NCBI GenBank assembly: GCA_934747805.1
Contig: CAKVHC010000001.1
Location: 22,286-86,285, forward strand
Origin: an uncultured Clostridia bacterium
GTDB lineage: Bacteria; Bacillota; Clostridia; Christensenellales; UBA1242
DNA: 64,000 bases
Reading direction: 5' to 3'
In this document: one piece after another, positions 8,081 through 18,539 of the stretch
How positions within the stretch are numbered: position 1 is the stretch's first letter
Layout of the letters: the number at the start of each line of letters is the position of its first letter
Notes under the pieces: model-generated
What the model was told of the DNA's origin: nothing
Seen by the model: the letters and a program-made list of their open reading frames with translations, nothing else
The model's database searches: none
Position numbers and translations under genes: made by a program

Positions 8081-9472
8081 TTATTCAAATATTTTATTTA
8101 TTACTTCGCTTGCATGGATATCACTATTCTTTAGAAAGTGGCTGTAGAAGTCGCTGGTGGTTGAGGCTTTGCTGTGACCAGCTCTGGCTGAGACGGTTTT
8201 CATATCCACACCTGCCATTAGTTGCAAAGTTATGTTTGTGTGGCGAAGTGAATGGAGTGTGACGATTGGTAGCCCAGCTCGTGCAAGAGATTTCTGTAGC
8301 CATACTCGAAGTAATCCTGGGCAAATGTCTTTGCCATCTTCTGTACAGAAGAGCCTATCTGTGTCACCAAGTCTATCTCCAAGATATCTCTTTTGGTTTT
8401 GCCACCAAGCTTCGTATTCATGTAAGTACTCAATGAGTTTATCTGGCATTGAGATTGTGCGTTTTGAATTTTCTGTCTTTGGCTCTTTGGTGATTATTCC
8501 AAAGCCAACAATGTCTTGCACAGATCTTGCTATTGTCATTGTTTTGTTTGAGTAATCTATATCTTTCCATTCAAGGCCAGCAAGTTCGCCACGCCTTATC
8601 CCCATGAATAGTGCTATTAGCAAGGCAATCTTCCATCTTGGATTGTCTAGGTTATTCAAATACACTGCTAGTTGCTTTGCCTCTTTGTCATTAAGTATCT
8701 TGACTTCTTTTTTATGTCCTTGAATTGGCGCAATGTAATCACGAGATGCAAAGTTGTGTTCAACCAATCTTTGTCTTTTTGCATCGGCTAGAATTGTTGC
8801 CAATGTTCGCTTAAGTTTTAGTATAGTTTCTTTTGCGTACGGACGACTAATTACTTTAACACCAAACCACTCATCAAAGTTTAAGTTGAGTGCACTACAT
8901 ATTGTTTTGGCGCTATCAATTCTTATACCGTTGCCGACTGTAGCTGAATAATAGATTGATCTGGAGATGCCACTATTTCTAGTAGCATCAACCAGTTTTA
9001 TGCAGTGAGATTTTAGATACTGAGTTAAATCTCGTTTGAGGATTGCATATCTTTGTTCATATTTCTTTGCCATCATTTCATCTAGGAAACCTTGCACCAT
9101 GACTGGTGTTATTTGGTTGAGTTTAATATTTCCAAAGTATGCCTCAAACTTTCTAATATTGTCTCTACCTTTTATGTAGTAGTTTAGTGACCTAGTATTC
9201 TTAATCTTTTCTAGCCACTTATTGGCATAATCTATAAAAGTTATGTCGTTATCTACTGCAAGCATACCGTTTAGTTGTTTTTTAAACTTATCTTCAAAAT
9301 CCAAGCAAACTCTTTGCAACTCCTTCTTGGCTTGAATTTCTGTTAATTCGTTTGGTTTTCTCCAACACATTGATTTCGCCACGAATTGTCCAGTTCTTAG
9401 ATCTTTTGCTTTTACTTGTATTCTATATGATATTGATCCGTCATTTAGCTTTTTCTTTCTAACGCAAGCCAT
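8081..9472 (-). CDS. int: Tyrosine recombinase / phage-type integrase with an N-terminal arm-binding-type domain
   Basis: C-terminal catalytic signature ...GIRRGELAGLEWKD...HSLRHTNITL...GHSKASTTSDFYSH (R..HxxR..H..Y). The N-terminus KKLNDGSISYRIQVK is typical of arm-DNA-binding domains. Confidence 0.92.
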   Translation of the reverse strand: MACVRKKKLNDGSISYRIQVKAKDLRTGQFVAKSMCWRKPNELTEIQAKKELQRVCLDFEDKFKKQLNGMLAVDNDITFIDYANKWLEKIKNTRSLNYYIKGRDNIRKFEAYFGNIKLNQITPVMVQGFLDEMMAKKYEQRYAILKRDLTQYLKSHCIKLVDATRNSGISRSIYYSATVGNGIRIDSAKTICSALNLNFDEWFGVKVISRPYAKETILKLKRTLATILADAKRQRLVEHNFASRDYIAPIQGHKKEVKILNDKEAKQLAVYLNNLDNPRWKIALLIALFMGIRRGELAGLEWKDIDYSNKTMTIARSVQDIVGFGIITKEPKTENSKRTISMPDKLIEYLHEYEAWWQNQKRYLGDRLGDTDRLFCTEDGKDICPGLLRVWLQKSLARAGLPIVTLHSLRHTNITLQLMAGVDMKTVSARAGHSKASTTSDFYSHFLKNSDIHASEVINKIFE

Positions 9473-9485
9473 TTTATTTCTCCTT

Positions 9486-9704
9486 TTATCTAATAATTAC
9501 TTGTTCCATTGGTAGTTCATAATCTTTGCTCTGCAAGAAGGCAAGCAGTGAATCGTAGTCAATTAATACTTTCTTTCCAGTTTTAATTGACCTGATTTTG
9601 TATCCATCTGCCAACTTTCTTATTAAGAATTCACTAAGTCCAGTGTTTGGATCTTCCTGTTTAATCATTTGTAATGTTTCTTTAATTGTTCTTATTCTTT
9701 GCAT
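9486..9704 (-). CDS. xis: Excisionase-family / HTH DNA-binding protein
   Basis: Small protein immediately upstream of int. The pattern LSEFLIRKLADGYKIRSIKTGKKVLIDYDSLLAFL resembles Tn916-type Xis/HTH_17. Start chosen at the ATG at 9704 after GGAGGA. Confidence 0.6.
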   Translation of the reverse strand: MQRIRTIKETLQMIKQEDPNTGLSEFLIRKLADGYKIRSIKTGKKVLIDYDSLLAFLQSKDYELPMEQVIIR

Positions 9705-10199
9705 TGTTCCTCCAGGTGCTGTCACCGCCTGGACTCATATTCCTATGCGAAACAAAAAGTACCGCAAAAGAATATACAAGTCCAGTGAAACAGCGAAATA
9801 TATTCAAAATTAAACTTTGTATCTTTGAATTCTTTTTACTTTGTTTCTATTTGTCTTTGTATTCTTGTTATTTTGGTCAAAATCGTGCCTTCTTTGATTT
9901 TTTGATAGTCCACTTGATAATTTATCCAAGTCAAGATTTATTGCTTTTAAAACTTGAAATGACGGCTTGCGTTTTCACAAAATTGCCGACTGAAATATTA
10001 CATGTTTAGACTATTTTGAATTAGATTTGATTATTTTTGATTTATATTTTAAATCAAAAAACGCAAAAAGCCTTTATTTTCCTAACTTTTTAATAAAATT
10101 TTGAAAACTTTTTTGATTTTTGATTATGCGAAAATTTGCGTGCGACTGCCTGTCCGCTTATCAAGAACCTTTGGCTAGAGATTTGACCGCCCCTGGGGG

Positions 10200-10862
10200 T
10201 TATTTACCCACAAGTTCTTTAATTGTTTCATCAAAGGCATTGTTGAACTTTTGACCATATTCTTTGGCAAGAATTCTAATGTTAGTTACATCAAATAGGA
10301 TATATTTATCTGTAATTTCATCTATGAACACTTTATCTTCAATAAAACCTCTATAAAGTGTTTCTCCAAAGTGTGATCTAAGTTTAGCTAAAAGATTGTT
10401 GTAAAGATTGTTCTTATCCAAATCTTTCACGCGCGCGTTATCATGTATTATTTTAATTTTTTTAATATCATAATAATCTATTGTCAGCAGTCCGTTACCT
10501 GTATCATTGAAGCCAATTACCGATAGGTCAAAACCAGTAGGTAACTTGTTGCCGAACAGCACATCAAAATCCACCTCAAGATACATTTCTCTTTTAAGTT
10601 CGGAAAGTCTGTTTAAGATGCCAAGTTTTTCGAGTTTTGTTATGATATTTCTAATTTGTCTTTCCTTAATACCTAGTATTGGCAAGTCATCCATAATCTT
10701 CTTGTAAGTTAGTTTGAAATACCACTTACCATCAAGCCTTTTGCTTCTCATATTTCCACTGCTAATAAATTGTTCGATGTAATCGAGTAGTAGGATCTCT
10801 TTAAGATTTAATCCCAGTCTAAGTAATGTTTCTTGCGGGAAGTTAAATATTTTTGGTCGCAT
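10200..10862 (-). CDS. Winged-helix DNA-binding protein, possible replication initiator / replisome-organiser-like
   Basis: The N-terminal LKEILLLDYIEQF...TYKKIMDDLPILGIKERQIRNIITKLEKLGIL resembles the wHTH of DnaD/Rep-organiser N domains. It lies next to iteron-like repeats. The assignment is tentative. Confidence 0.4.
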   Translation of the reverse strand: MRPKIFNFPQETLLRLGLNLKEILLLDYIEQFISSGNMRSKRLDGKWYFKLTYKKIMDDLPILGIKERQIRNIITKLEKLGILNRLSELKREMYLEVDFDVLFGNKLPTGFDLSVIGFNDTGNGLLTIDYYDIKKIKIIHDNARVKDLDKNNLYNNLLAKLRSHFGETLYRGFIEDKVFIDEITDKYILFDVTNIRILAKEYGQKFNNAFDETIKELVGK

Positions 10863-11059
10863 AGATCACATGCTCCTTTTGTATGATTTTTGTTTTCATT
10901 TTATCTCCTTGTTTTAGATTTTTTGCATTCACAAAGATTGATCAATTCTTTGTTTTAGCATTTATTTTAACGAAGTCTGCAGTCCTTCGGTAAAACCTGG
11001 TTCGGTTTGAAAAATATGTGAGAGCGTTTAGCTTTAACCATTTTTCGATTTAATTCTAG

Positions 11060-11275
11060 CAATCCCGTTAGTTCACCATTTGACCTAGCGGAACAACATT
11101 TTCAAAAAAAAATAACTTTTTCGGTAAAATAATTTTTTTCGTATCGGAACAACTTTCTGAACATATTTTAGCGAGTCCGTTATGTAAGCCCTTTGAACAT
11201 CAAAATCAAATTTTCACTTTTTTCCCACTCCTTTTATTTAGTTCTAACGTTGTCAATGTCTCACCATTTGAACCA
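11060..11275. repeat. Iteron-like short direct repeats in a 765-bp non-coding stretch (possible element ori)
   Basis: CACCATTTGA(C/A) occurs at 11074-11084 and 11262-11271. CGGAACAAC occurs at 11089-11097 and 11145-11153. No ORF of at least 60 aa is present. Confidence 0.35.
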
Positions 11276-11627
11276 TTGAGATAATTTTTGCCTACATTTT
11301 AATAAACCCACACAGACATCATTTGTCCACACGGAAAGTATTTTTTCTTTTTTATTTTACCCCCCCCGTTGTAAACACATTTTGGACATCGGGAGTTTTT
11401 TTGATTTTTATGCCAAAATTTTACCAGGTAGGGTATATCGCTATTTGATATATCTAAAATATTTTTTTAAAATTGTAGTTTTTAAATTCATCTGTTTGAT
11501 GACATAAAAAAGAGATGCTTTTTGCAAGTATCTCTAAAAAAATATTGATTTTATATATCAATAGAAGATAACGTTAACACCCTCACATAAATAAAAAAGA
11601 ACGGATTGTTTTCCGTTCTTTTGAGCT

Positions 11628-14600
11628 TTATATAATTCCAAAAAATTTTTCAAAGAATGCCAAAAGTTTTTCTATAATGTTTTTCTTTTTAATTTCACGA
11701 TTTCCGCCACCGAATCTTGACATTGCAGGCATTATTTTATCTATATCTGTACCTGTCGTTTTCATATTTCCATCTCTAAATGAATAATCTACAAATTTTC
11801 TTGTTTCAGCATCTTTCAAACCTTCTTGAGAAATTATCTGTGCAAGTTCTTTTTCCTTTTGCTCTGCAACAAACTCATGCCATTCAATCATTATGTCATC
11901 AACATCATTAATTCCAGCAATAAATGTGTCAATAAGTTGTTTTTTACTTCTAAGTTGCAAACTGCTATCTATTGCCTTGTTTATTGAAACAAGAATTTCT
12001 TTATCTTCACAATGTGTATCATGATATTTTTGAACTAGCAACAAGATATAATCTATATTAATCTCAATTTGTTTTATAAGCTCGACTTCAAAGACAACAT
12101 CATCATTGATATTTTCTTTATCACTATTATTTCGTCTACGTTTCCATTCTTCATACAAATCATTATATCTACCTTGATAATCCTGCAAATCTCTTTCAGT
12201 CAAAATTTCATTGCCAGCGAATTCATCAAATGAAGACAGAATATTGCGCATTCTAAGTATTGCTCCAAATAATCCTATAAAATCTTTTTGTGCCTGCTCT
12301 CCATAGATTTGAGGCTCTAATAATGGGTATTTATATTCTAGTTCCGCAATTAAATCCTTGTATCCAGGTTTCTTATTTCCTTTTTCATCAGTATATCCTT
12401 CAAAATAGTCTTTAAAACCTTTCATGAGACAAATGCCTCCAGCATTTTTATCTCCAAACAAACTAATTGCATCACCTGTTCTTTTCTGTAGGTTTCTAAA
12501 GCAAATTATATTTCCAAATGTTTTTATTGAATTAAGTATTCTGTTTGTCCTTGAAAATGCTTGAATAAGTCCATGCTGCTTAAGATTTTTGTCAACCCAT
12601 AAAGTGTTAAGGGTAGTGGCATCAAATCCAGTTAAAAACATATTTACAACAATCAATAGATCGATCTGTCTATTTTTCATTCTGAGTGACACATCTTTAT
12701 AATAGTTTTGAAATCTATCGCTTGAAGTATCATATTTAGTTTGAAACATTTTATTATAATCGTCTATTGCACCATCCAAAAAATCTCTTGAAGTCTTGTC
12801 AAGCCTTGTTGTATCTTCACTGTTTTCTTCACCAAGTATTCCATCAGACTCTTCTTCGTTTGCTCCATAACTGAAAATCGTTGCGATTTTAAGTTTTTTG
12901 CTTGGGTTTTCTTTCATTTGCTTTTTGAATTCATTGTAGTAAGCTTTTGCCGCATCAATAGAAGCAACGCAAAACATAGAGTTGAATCCATTCAAGTATA
13001 ATTTGTCTTTTTGTTCTTCAATTTTTTCGTTTCTTCTAGCGCTAGCAACTTCGGTAATATTCAAAAGGCTATTGAATGAATACATTTTTTCATTTCTATA
13101 AGTTTTGCTGTTATAGTGATCTAAAATATAACTTACAATTTTACTTATTCTTTGTGGTGCTAAAAAAGCCTTTCCTCTATCAATATCATTAACTGGTTTA
13201 TCATCAATGTCTGGTTCTTTATCCATTGTTTTTATATAATCGACCCTGAATGGTAAAACATTTTTATCATTTATAGCATCTACTATTGTATAAGTATGGA
13301 GCATATCACCAAAAGCCTGTTCAGTCGTTTTTAATTGAACATCTTTTCCACCACTAGAATTTGCTGCAAAAATTGGTGTGCCCGTAAACCCGAATAAATG
13401 ATAATTTTTAAATTTGCCTGTAATAGATTTATGCATATCGCCAAATTGCGATCTATGACACTCATCAAATATAATTACAATATGTTTATTATAAATTGAA
13501 TGATCTTTGTTTTTAGATATAAATCTATCAAGTTTTTGAATGGTTGTTATGATAATTCTACATTGGTCATTTTCTAGTTGCTTTTTAAGTATAGCAGTAG
13601 ATGTATTGCTATTTGCTGCCCCTTTTTCAAATCGATCATATTCTTTCATCGTTTGATAGTCCAAATCTTTTCTATCAACAACAAATAATACTTTATCTAT
13701 AAAAGGCAAGTTAGTAGCAAGTTGAGCGGTTTTAAATGATGTAAGAGTTTTACCACTTCCAGTTGTGTGCCAAATGTATCCACCAGCTTTAACTGTTCCA
13801 TATGTCTTATAGTTGTTTGATATTTCAATTCTGTTGATAATTCTTTCGGTCGCGACAATTTGATATGGTCTCATTACTAAAAGCATGTTTTCAGATGTAA
13901 AAACACAATATTTTGTTAAGATATTTAACAATGTATGCTTGGAAAAGAAGGTTTTTGTGAAATCAACAAGGTCGGGAATAATCTTATTACTTCCATCTGC
14001 CCAGAATGAAGTAAACTCAAAACTATTGCTTGTTTTAGACTTCCTTGCAGATTGTTGTTTGTTAAAATCTTTAACATGATTCCATCTTGTTGTATTAGAG
14101 TAATACTTTGTATTTGTTCCATTAGAGATCACAAATATTTGCACATATTCAAATAATCCACTTGATGCCCAAAAACTATCCCTTTGATATCGTTCTATTT
14201 GATTAAATGCTTCACGAATTGCAACTCCACGACGTTTTAATTCTACATGAACCAGAGGAAGTCCATTAACTAATATTGTTACATCATATCTTGTGTCATG
14301 ATTACCATTTGTTTCTATGTATTGGTTTATTACTTGTAATTTATTATTGTGAATATTAGTTTTGTCTATAAACTTAATGTTTTTTGTTGTTCCATCATCT
14401 CTGTGTAAAATTTGAACATAGTCTTCTTGAATCTTTCTTGTTTTTTCAACAATGCCTTCATTTTTACCTATTATGCACGAAGAAAGAAACTGATCCCATT
14501 CACTATCAGAAAAATTGTATTTATTTAATTCTTCTAGTCTTTTTCTTAAATTCAAAATCAAATCAGCTTCTGTGTGAATAGGTAAGTACTCATAGCTTTG

Positions 14601-14738
14601 TGATTGTAACAATTTAATAAACTCTTTTTCAAGTTGAGCTTCGCTTTGATACTTATCAGACTTGTTATTTGTAGGCTTATACTCAGTCATAACAGTGCTT
14701 TCGCTAGATTCTGAAACTATGTTACAAAAACTCATCAT
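11628..14738 (-). CDS. hsdR: Type I restriction enzyme R subunit
   Basis: SF2 helicase motifs (TGSGKTLTS, IIFDECHRSQ, TGTPI, QAFSRTNR) and an N-terminal nuclease region (DVTILVNGLPLVHVELK). SD AAGGAGA is present. Confidence 0.93.
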   Translation of the reverse strand: MMSFCNIVSESSESTVMTEYKPTNNKSDKYQSEAQLEKEFIKLLQSQSYEYLPIHTEADLILNLRKRLEELNKYNFSDSEWDQFLSSCIIGKNEGIVEKTRKIQEDYVQILHRDDGTTKNIKFIDKTNIHNNKLQVINQYIETNGNHDTRYDVTILVNGLPLVHVELKRRGVAIREAFNQIERYQRDSFWASSGLFEYVQIFVISNGTNTKYYSNTTRWNHVKDFNKQQSARKSKTSNSFEFTSFWADGSNKIIPDLVDFTKTFFSKHTLLNILTKYCVFTSENMLLVMRPYQIVATERIINRIEISNNYKTYGTVKAGGYIWHTTGSGKTLTSFKTAQLATNLPFIDKVLFVVDRKDLDYQTMKEYDRFEKGAANSNTSTAILKKQLENDQCRIIITTIQKLDRFISKNKDHSIYNKHIVIIFDECHRSQFGDMHKSITGKFKNYHLFGFTGTPIFAANSSGGKDVQLKTTEQAFGDMLHTYTIVDAINDKNVLPFRVDYIKTMDKEPDIDDKPVNDIDRGKAFLAPQRISKIVSYILDHYNSKTYRNEKMYSFNSLLNITEVASARRNEKIEEQKDKLYLNGFNSMFCVASIDAAKAYYNEFKKQMKENPSKKLKIATIFSYGANEEESDGILGEENSEDTTRLDKTSRDFLDGAIDDYNKMFQTKYDTSSDRFQNYYKDVSLRMKNRQIDLLIVVNMFLTGFDATTLNTLWVDKNLKQHGLIQAFSRTNRILNSIKTFGNIICFRNLQKRTGDAISLFGDKNAGGICLMKGFKDYFEGYTDEKGNKKPGYKDLIAELEYKYPLLEPQIYGEQAQKDFIGLFGAILRMRNILSSFDEFAGNEILTERDLQDYQGRYNDLYEEWKRRRNNSDKENINDDVVFEVELIKQIEINIDYILLLVQKYHDTHCEDKEILVSINKAIDSSLQLRSKKQLIDTFIAGINDVDDIMIEWHEFVAEQKEKELAQIISQEGLKDAETRKFVDYSFRDGNMKTTGTDIDKIMPAMSRFGGGNREIKKKNIIEKLLAFFEKFFGII

Positions 14739-14753
14739 TTTCTCCTTATGTTT

Positions 14754-15872
14754 TTAATTTACTTTTTCCTTAAATGTCAAAAGTTTATTTCTATAATACT
14801 CGTATTGTTGTTGTCTTTTTTCTATTTCTGCCGGCAACCCAATTCCAAGGTCAGAACATATTTTGTCAAAGTTGTCTAAAACATTCACAATTCGTTGTTG
14901 AATGTCAAGTGGAGGAATTGGAATTTCATAATTTACAATCATTGGAATTGTTAATTGAGGGATGCCTGTTTCTGGTATTTTAAATTGAACAGTTTGAAGA
15001 TAATGATACAAAAATTCTGCCATTAAATCTTTCTTTGGTTGTGCAGAAATCAAACGAATAATAGGATAAAATGGTTCATTTCGTAACGCACAATGGCCTA
15101 CAGTTCCTCTAGCAGCAATCGTAACGCATTTATTTTTTACTTTTGCCACATCAGTATAACCATACAAAGCATTTTCCCCGACTCCATTACTATAAATTGG
15201 AATATTATATGTCTTGGTCCTAATTTTAGAAAACCTATCCTTTGGGACATCTCCACCCGCCGACAATAAACATACATCACCAAGTTTTTTCCATTCAAAT
15301 TTCGGTTCTTCAAAGGTTAAAAGTTTATCTCTATAATAATTATATTGCTTTTTTCTCGCTGTAAGCTCCGCTGTAAGCTCCGCTGTAAGCTCCGTGAAAT
15401 TGTCAAGTACCTTGACAATTTCACTTTGGACTTCCAAAGGTGGAATTGGAATTTTAAATTTATCAATGTCAGTTTTATTAAGGGCTGGAATGCTTCCACG
15501 AGAAACAATTGAACTCATTATATTTTCTTCACAATTTTTTAATGCATAATACATGTATTTAGTCTTATATTCAGATTCGTTCTTTGAACGGTAAGGATAA
15601 CATAAACCACCAGCCCAAAAATCTTCGTTTATATATGAAATAAAACCTGCATATTCTCCCCTTGAAGCGATAGTAATTGCATTTTTAGTATTATTGTTTT
15701 TATCGTATTTACCATAAAAGTCTCTGCCTGAATTCATAACGGGATAACCAACAGCTTTTAATTCACTTTGTTTAAGAGTACCTTTAGGTAAGTTACAACA
15801 TATTTCATCAATTTTTTTGAATTCCACACCATCAGGGCATAATTTTTCAATCAATTCTTCAATTTTACTCAT
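14754..15872 (-). CDS. hsdS: Type I restriction enzyme S (specificity) subunit
   Basis: Two TRDs, each followed by a conserved helix ([19 protein letters not shown]...[14 protein letters not shown] and [19 protein letters not shown]...[15 protein letters not shown]). The ATG at 15872 overlaps the hsdM stop by 8 nt. Confidence 0.9.
   Translation of the reverse strand: MSKIEELIEKLCPDGVEFKKIDEICCNLPKGTLKQSELKAVGYPVMNSGRDFYGKYDKNNNTKNAITIASRGEYAGFISYINEDFWAGGLCYPYRSKNESEYKTKYMYYALKNCEENIMSSIVSRGSIPALNKTDIDKFKIPIPPLEVQSEIVKVLDNFTELTAELTAELTARKKQYNYYRDKLLTFEEPKFEWKKLGDVCLLSAGGDVPKDRFSKIRTKTYNIPIYSNGVGENALYGYTDVAKVKNKCVTIAARGTVGHCALRNEPFYPIIRLISAQPKKDLMAEFLYHYLQTVQFKIPETGIPQLTIPMIVNYEIPIPPLDIQQRIVNVLDNFDKICSDLGIGLPAEIEKRQQQYEYYRNKLLTFKEKVN
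15357..15392 (-). repeat. Perfect 3 x 12-bp tandem repeat (GAGCTTACAGCG, encoding ELTA x3) in the central conserved helix of hsdS
   Basis: The plus strand reads CGCTGTAAGCTC three times in tandem. It translates to ...[17 protein letters not shown]... Confidence 0.95.
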
Positions 15873-17463
15873 TATTATTGCCTCCTTCAATGTCGGCAAT
15901 AATTTTGTCAATTTCTTTTCTCAAAACTTCTTCGTGAGCGACGATTTCTTTTATTTGTTGATTTAACACCTTTATATCAATTTTTTCTTTTGTATCTTCT
16001 TTCTCAACATAAGTAGAAACTGAAAGATTGTAGTTTTGTTTTGCAATTTCTTCATTAGAAACAAGTTTTGCAATGTTATCAACGTCCCTTCTATTTGAAA
16101 ATAATTCAAGAATTTTTTCAATATCCCCGTCTTTGCCTGTTCTTAACTTATTGTTGTTTGTAACTTTAACACAATACTTACTTGCATCTATAAAGAGTGT
16201 GGAATTATCATTTTTAGACTTTTTTAATACCATTATACAGGTTGCTATGCTTGTACCAAAAAATAGGTTATCTGGCAATTGAATAATAGAATCGATAAAG
16301 TTGTTATCTATCAAATATTGTCTTATTTTTTGCTCAGCACCACCACGATAGAATATTCCAGGGAAGCATACAATTGCAGCAGTTCCATTTGTTGCAAGCC
16401 AAGAAAGCGAGTGCATAACAAATGCAAGGTCAGCCTTAGACTTTGGTGCAAGAACTCCAGCTGGAGCAAATCTTGGATCATTTATAAGCTTTATATCATC
16501 ATCGCCAGGCCACTTAATTGAATATGGTGGATTAGAAACAATTGCTTCAAAAGGTTCTTCATCCCAATGTTGAGGAGCAAGAAGAGTGTCATCACAAGCG
16601 ATGTTAAACTCATCATAATTGATGTCATGTAAAAACATATTGATTCTGCAAAGATTGTATGTTGTTAGATTTACTTCTTGACCAAAAAAACCTTGACGGA
16701 CTTTATCTTTTCCTAAAACTTTTGCAAAGTTCAAAAGAAGTGAGCCAGAGCCGCACGCTGGGTCATAAACCTTATTGACTTCTGTTTTACCAACAACAGT
16801 TAGTCTTGTAAGTAATTCTGAAACTTCTTGTGGAGTATAATACTCGCCACCAGATTTCCCAGCATTTGAAGCATACATTCCCATCAAAAATTCATAGGCA
16901 TCACCAAACGCATCTATTGTATTATCTTGATAATTACCAAGCTTCATTTCGCCAATGTTGTCTAAAATTTTAAGCAATTTTTCATTTCTTTTAGCAACCG
17001 TAGCACCAAGTTTATTTGAGTTAACATCAATATCATCAAATAAGCCTTTAAAATCATCTTCGCTATCGCTGCCTTTAGCAGAGTTTTCAATGGCTTTAAA
17101 AACCTTTTCCAATGTTTCATTTAGATTTTCTTTGTATTTGGGATATTTATTTGCATTCGCTCTTACATTGCAAAAAAGTTGGCTTGGCAAAATGAAAAAG
17201 CCTCTACTGTTTACCATATCTTCTCGAGCCTGTTCAGCTTCTGAATCACTTAATTTTGTGTAATCAAAGCCAATATCACCATAATCATGTTCATTTTTGT
17301 TTATATAATTTGCTATGTTCTCAGAGATATATCTGTAAAACATAAAGCCTAGAACATATTGTTTAAAGTCCCAACCATCAACCGAACCTCTTAAATCATT
17401 CGCAATATTCCAAATCGCTTTATGTAGTTCATCTCTTTCTTGTTCTTTAATGTTATTTGCCAT
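15865..17463 (-). CDS. hsdM: Type I restriction enzyme M subunit (N6-adenine DNA methyltransferase)
   Basis: N-terminal HsdM_N-like [36 protein letters not shown], AdoMet motif [10 protein letters not shown] and catalytic NPPY (SNPPYS). Confidence 0.95.
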   Translation of the reverse strand: MANNIKEQERDELHKAIWNIANDLRGSVDGWDFKQYVLGFMFYRYISENIANYINKNEHDYGDIGFDYTKLSDSEAEQAREDMVNSRGFFILPSQLFCNVRANANKYPKYKENLNETLEKVFKAIENSAKGSDSEDDFKGLFDDIDVNSNKLGATVAKRNEKLLKILDNIGEMKLGNYQDNTIDAFGDAYEFLMGMYASNAGKSGGEYYTPQEVSELLTRLTVVGKTEVNKVYDPACGSGSLLLNFAKVLGKDKVRQGFFGQEVNLTTYNLCRINMFLHDINYDEFNIACDDTLLAPQHWDEEPFEAIVSNPPYSIKWPGDDDIKLINDPRFAPAGVLAPKSKADLAFVMHSLSWLATNGTAAIVCFPGIFYRGGAEQKIRQYLIDNNFIDSIIQLPDNLFFGTSIATCIMVLKKSKNDNSTLFIDASKYCVKVTNNNKLRTGKDGDIEKILELFSNRRDVDNIAKLVSNEEIAKQNYNLSVSTYVEKEDTKEKIDIKVLNQQIKEIVAHEEVLRKEIDKIIADIEGGNNNE

Positions 17464-17472
17464 TGTTTACTC

Positions 17473-18537
17473 CTATAATTTTATTTTATATGTGTTAATG
17501 AAATAGTCAAAGCCATCTTTAAAAATATTTATTTGTTCATTCGTTAGATATTCTGTTTCTAAATCCATATATCGTTCGTGACTATTCATATTTACTATTT
17601 TATTCAGATCTTCTTTGTGGTCATAATTTGCAAATAAATCTTGCCAACTAGAATAGCCCAAAAATATTGAACTTTTTTCTATAACACTTCTAAAAATGTT
17701 AAAATGATTCTTTCTTATTGTATTCGTATTAAATGCCTTTTTTATTTCGGCAAGTGATTTTAGGTGATATGATATTGGGGTGCTAGTCCCCAGATTTTTA
17801 AGATAAATATTTTGATCAATATTTTGCATTATGTAAAATAGACATTTTGAATTTCTATTTCTTAGTGTGTTAAAAAGTATATTATAAAACATAACATGGT
17901 GTGTTGTAATCAAAAATTTAATGTCTATTTCTTTTTCATGTACATATTGGATTAATTTAATGAGCTGCATTGACAAAGTATAAATTTTAAATTCATCTAA
18001 TGACGACATCGGATCATCAATTATTATGTATTTCAAATTATTGAACTCTTCAGTTGATCTATCTTCTTGTTTTTCACTTAATATATCAACAGCTTGCTTT
18101 AATGCAGCGTAAAAAACCGACCATTTAAATAAAGTTTCTTCACCTTTTGAAATCTTAACAGCAATCCTATTACCATTTTCGTCAGGCAGTAAAAATTGTA
18201 CATTACCAGTATCAAAATCAATTAAAGGTTCAATTTTAACATCTGTAAATTTATTAAAATAAAATAAAATATCTTTTTCTAAGTACTCATCCTTAATAAA
18301 ATTAAAAAGCCATGTATTTGTTAAAATTGACATAATCTTTTCTTCATTATCCCATGTAAAATAATCTTCAACAATTGCATTATAACTAAGAGATTCTATA
18401 TTTTCATCATTTTCAAAAGTACAAGACAATCTTGTTTTTCCTGTTGCATTGAAAGCATACAAAAGCACATCTTTATCAGAATCAAGATCATTTTTTATAT
18501 GGGTTGCAATATTTTCAAAACCTATTATTTCGCTCAT
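17473..18537 (-). CDS. PrrC-like ABC-type ATPase with a candidate anticodon-nuclease C-terminal domain
   Basis: Walker A-like AFNATGKT, signature-like ISKGEETL, Walker B YIIIDDPMSSLD and TTHH. The C-terminal FRSVIE...(33 aa)...H matches the Rx3E...H spacing I recall for the PrrC catalytic triad. A 9-nt gap separates it from hsdM. Confidence 0.5.
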   Translation of the reverse strand: MSEIIGFENIATHIKNDLDSDKDVLLYAFNATGKTRLSCTFENDENIESLSYNAIVEDYFTWDNEEKIMSILTNTWLFNFIKDEYLEKDILFYFNKFTDVKIEPLIDFDTGNVQFLLPDENGNRIAVKISKGEETLFKWSVFYAALKQAVDILSEKQEDRSTEEFNNLKYIIIDDPMSSLDEFKIYTLSMQLIKLIQYVHEKEIDIKFLITTHHVMFYNILFNTLRNRNSKCLFYIMQNIDQNIYLKNLGTSTPISYHLKSLAEIKKAFNTNTIRKNHFNIFRSVIEKSSIFLGYSSWQDLFANYDHKEDLNKIVNMNSHERYMDLETEYLTNEQINIFKDGFDYFINTYKIKL

Positions 18538-18539
18538 AA

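Noticed and set aside
9598-10009. Two plus-strand ORFs (71 and 107 aa) lie in the xis-rep intergenic region.
   Set aside because: The translations are Phe/Leu/Cys-rich, as is typical of T-rich non-coding DNA. They lack SDs and partly overlap xis in antisense.
10846-10899. A 17-codon upstream ORF (MKTKIIQKEHVIYATKNI) with an AAGGAGA SD overlaps the start of the rep-like gene.
   Set aside because: It is too short to support, and its internal AAGGAG is better explained as the SD of the rep-like gene. It could be a leader peptide, but nothing in the sequence supports that.
11360-11367. The C8 homopolymer here and the C8/G8 tract at 38557-38564 were considered as phase-variation tracts.
   Set aside because: The first is not positioned relative to any start codon or promoter that I can define. 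The second simply forms the G-rich SD of the 38071-38550 gene. Eight residues is short for efficient slippage, and there is no evidence of variation in a single sequence.
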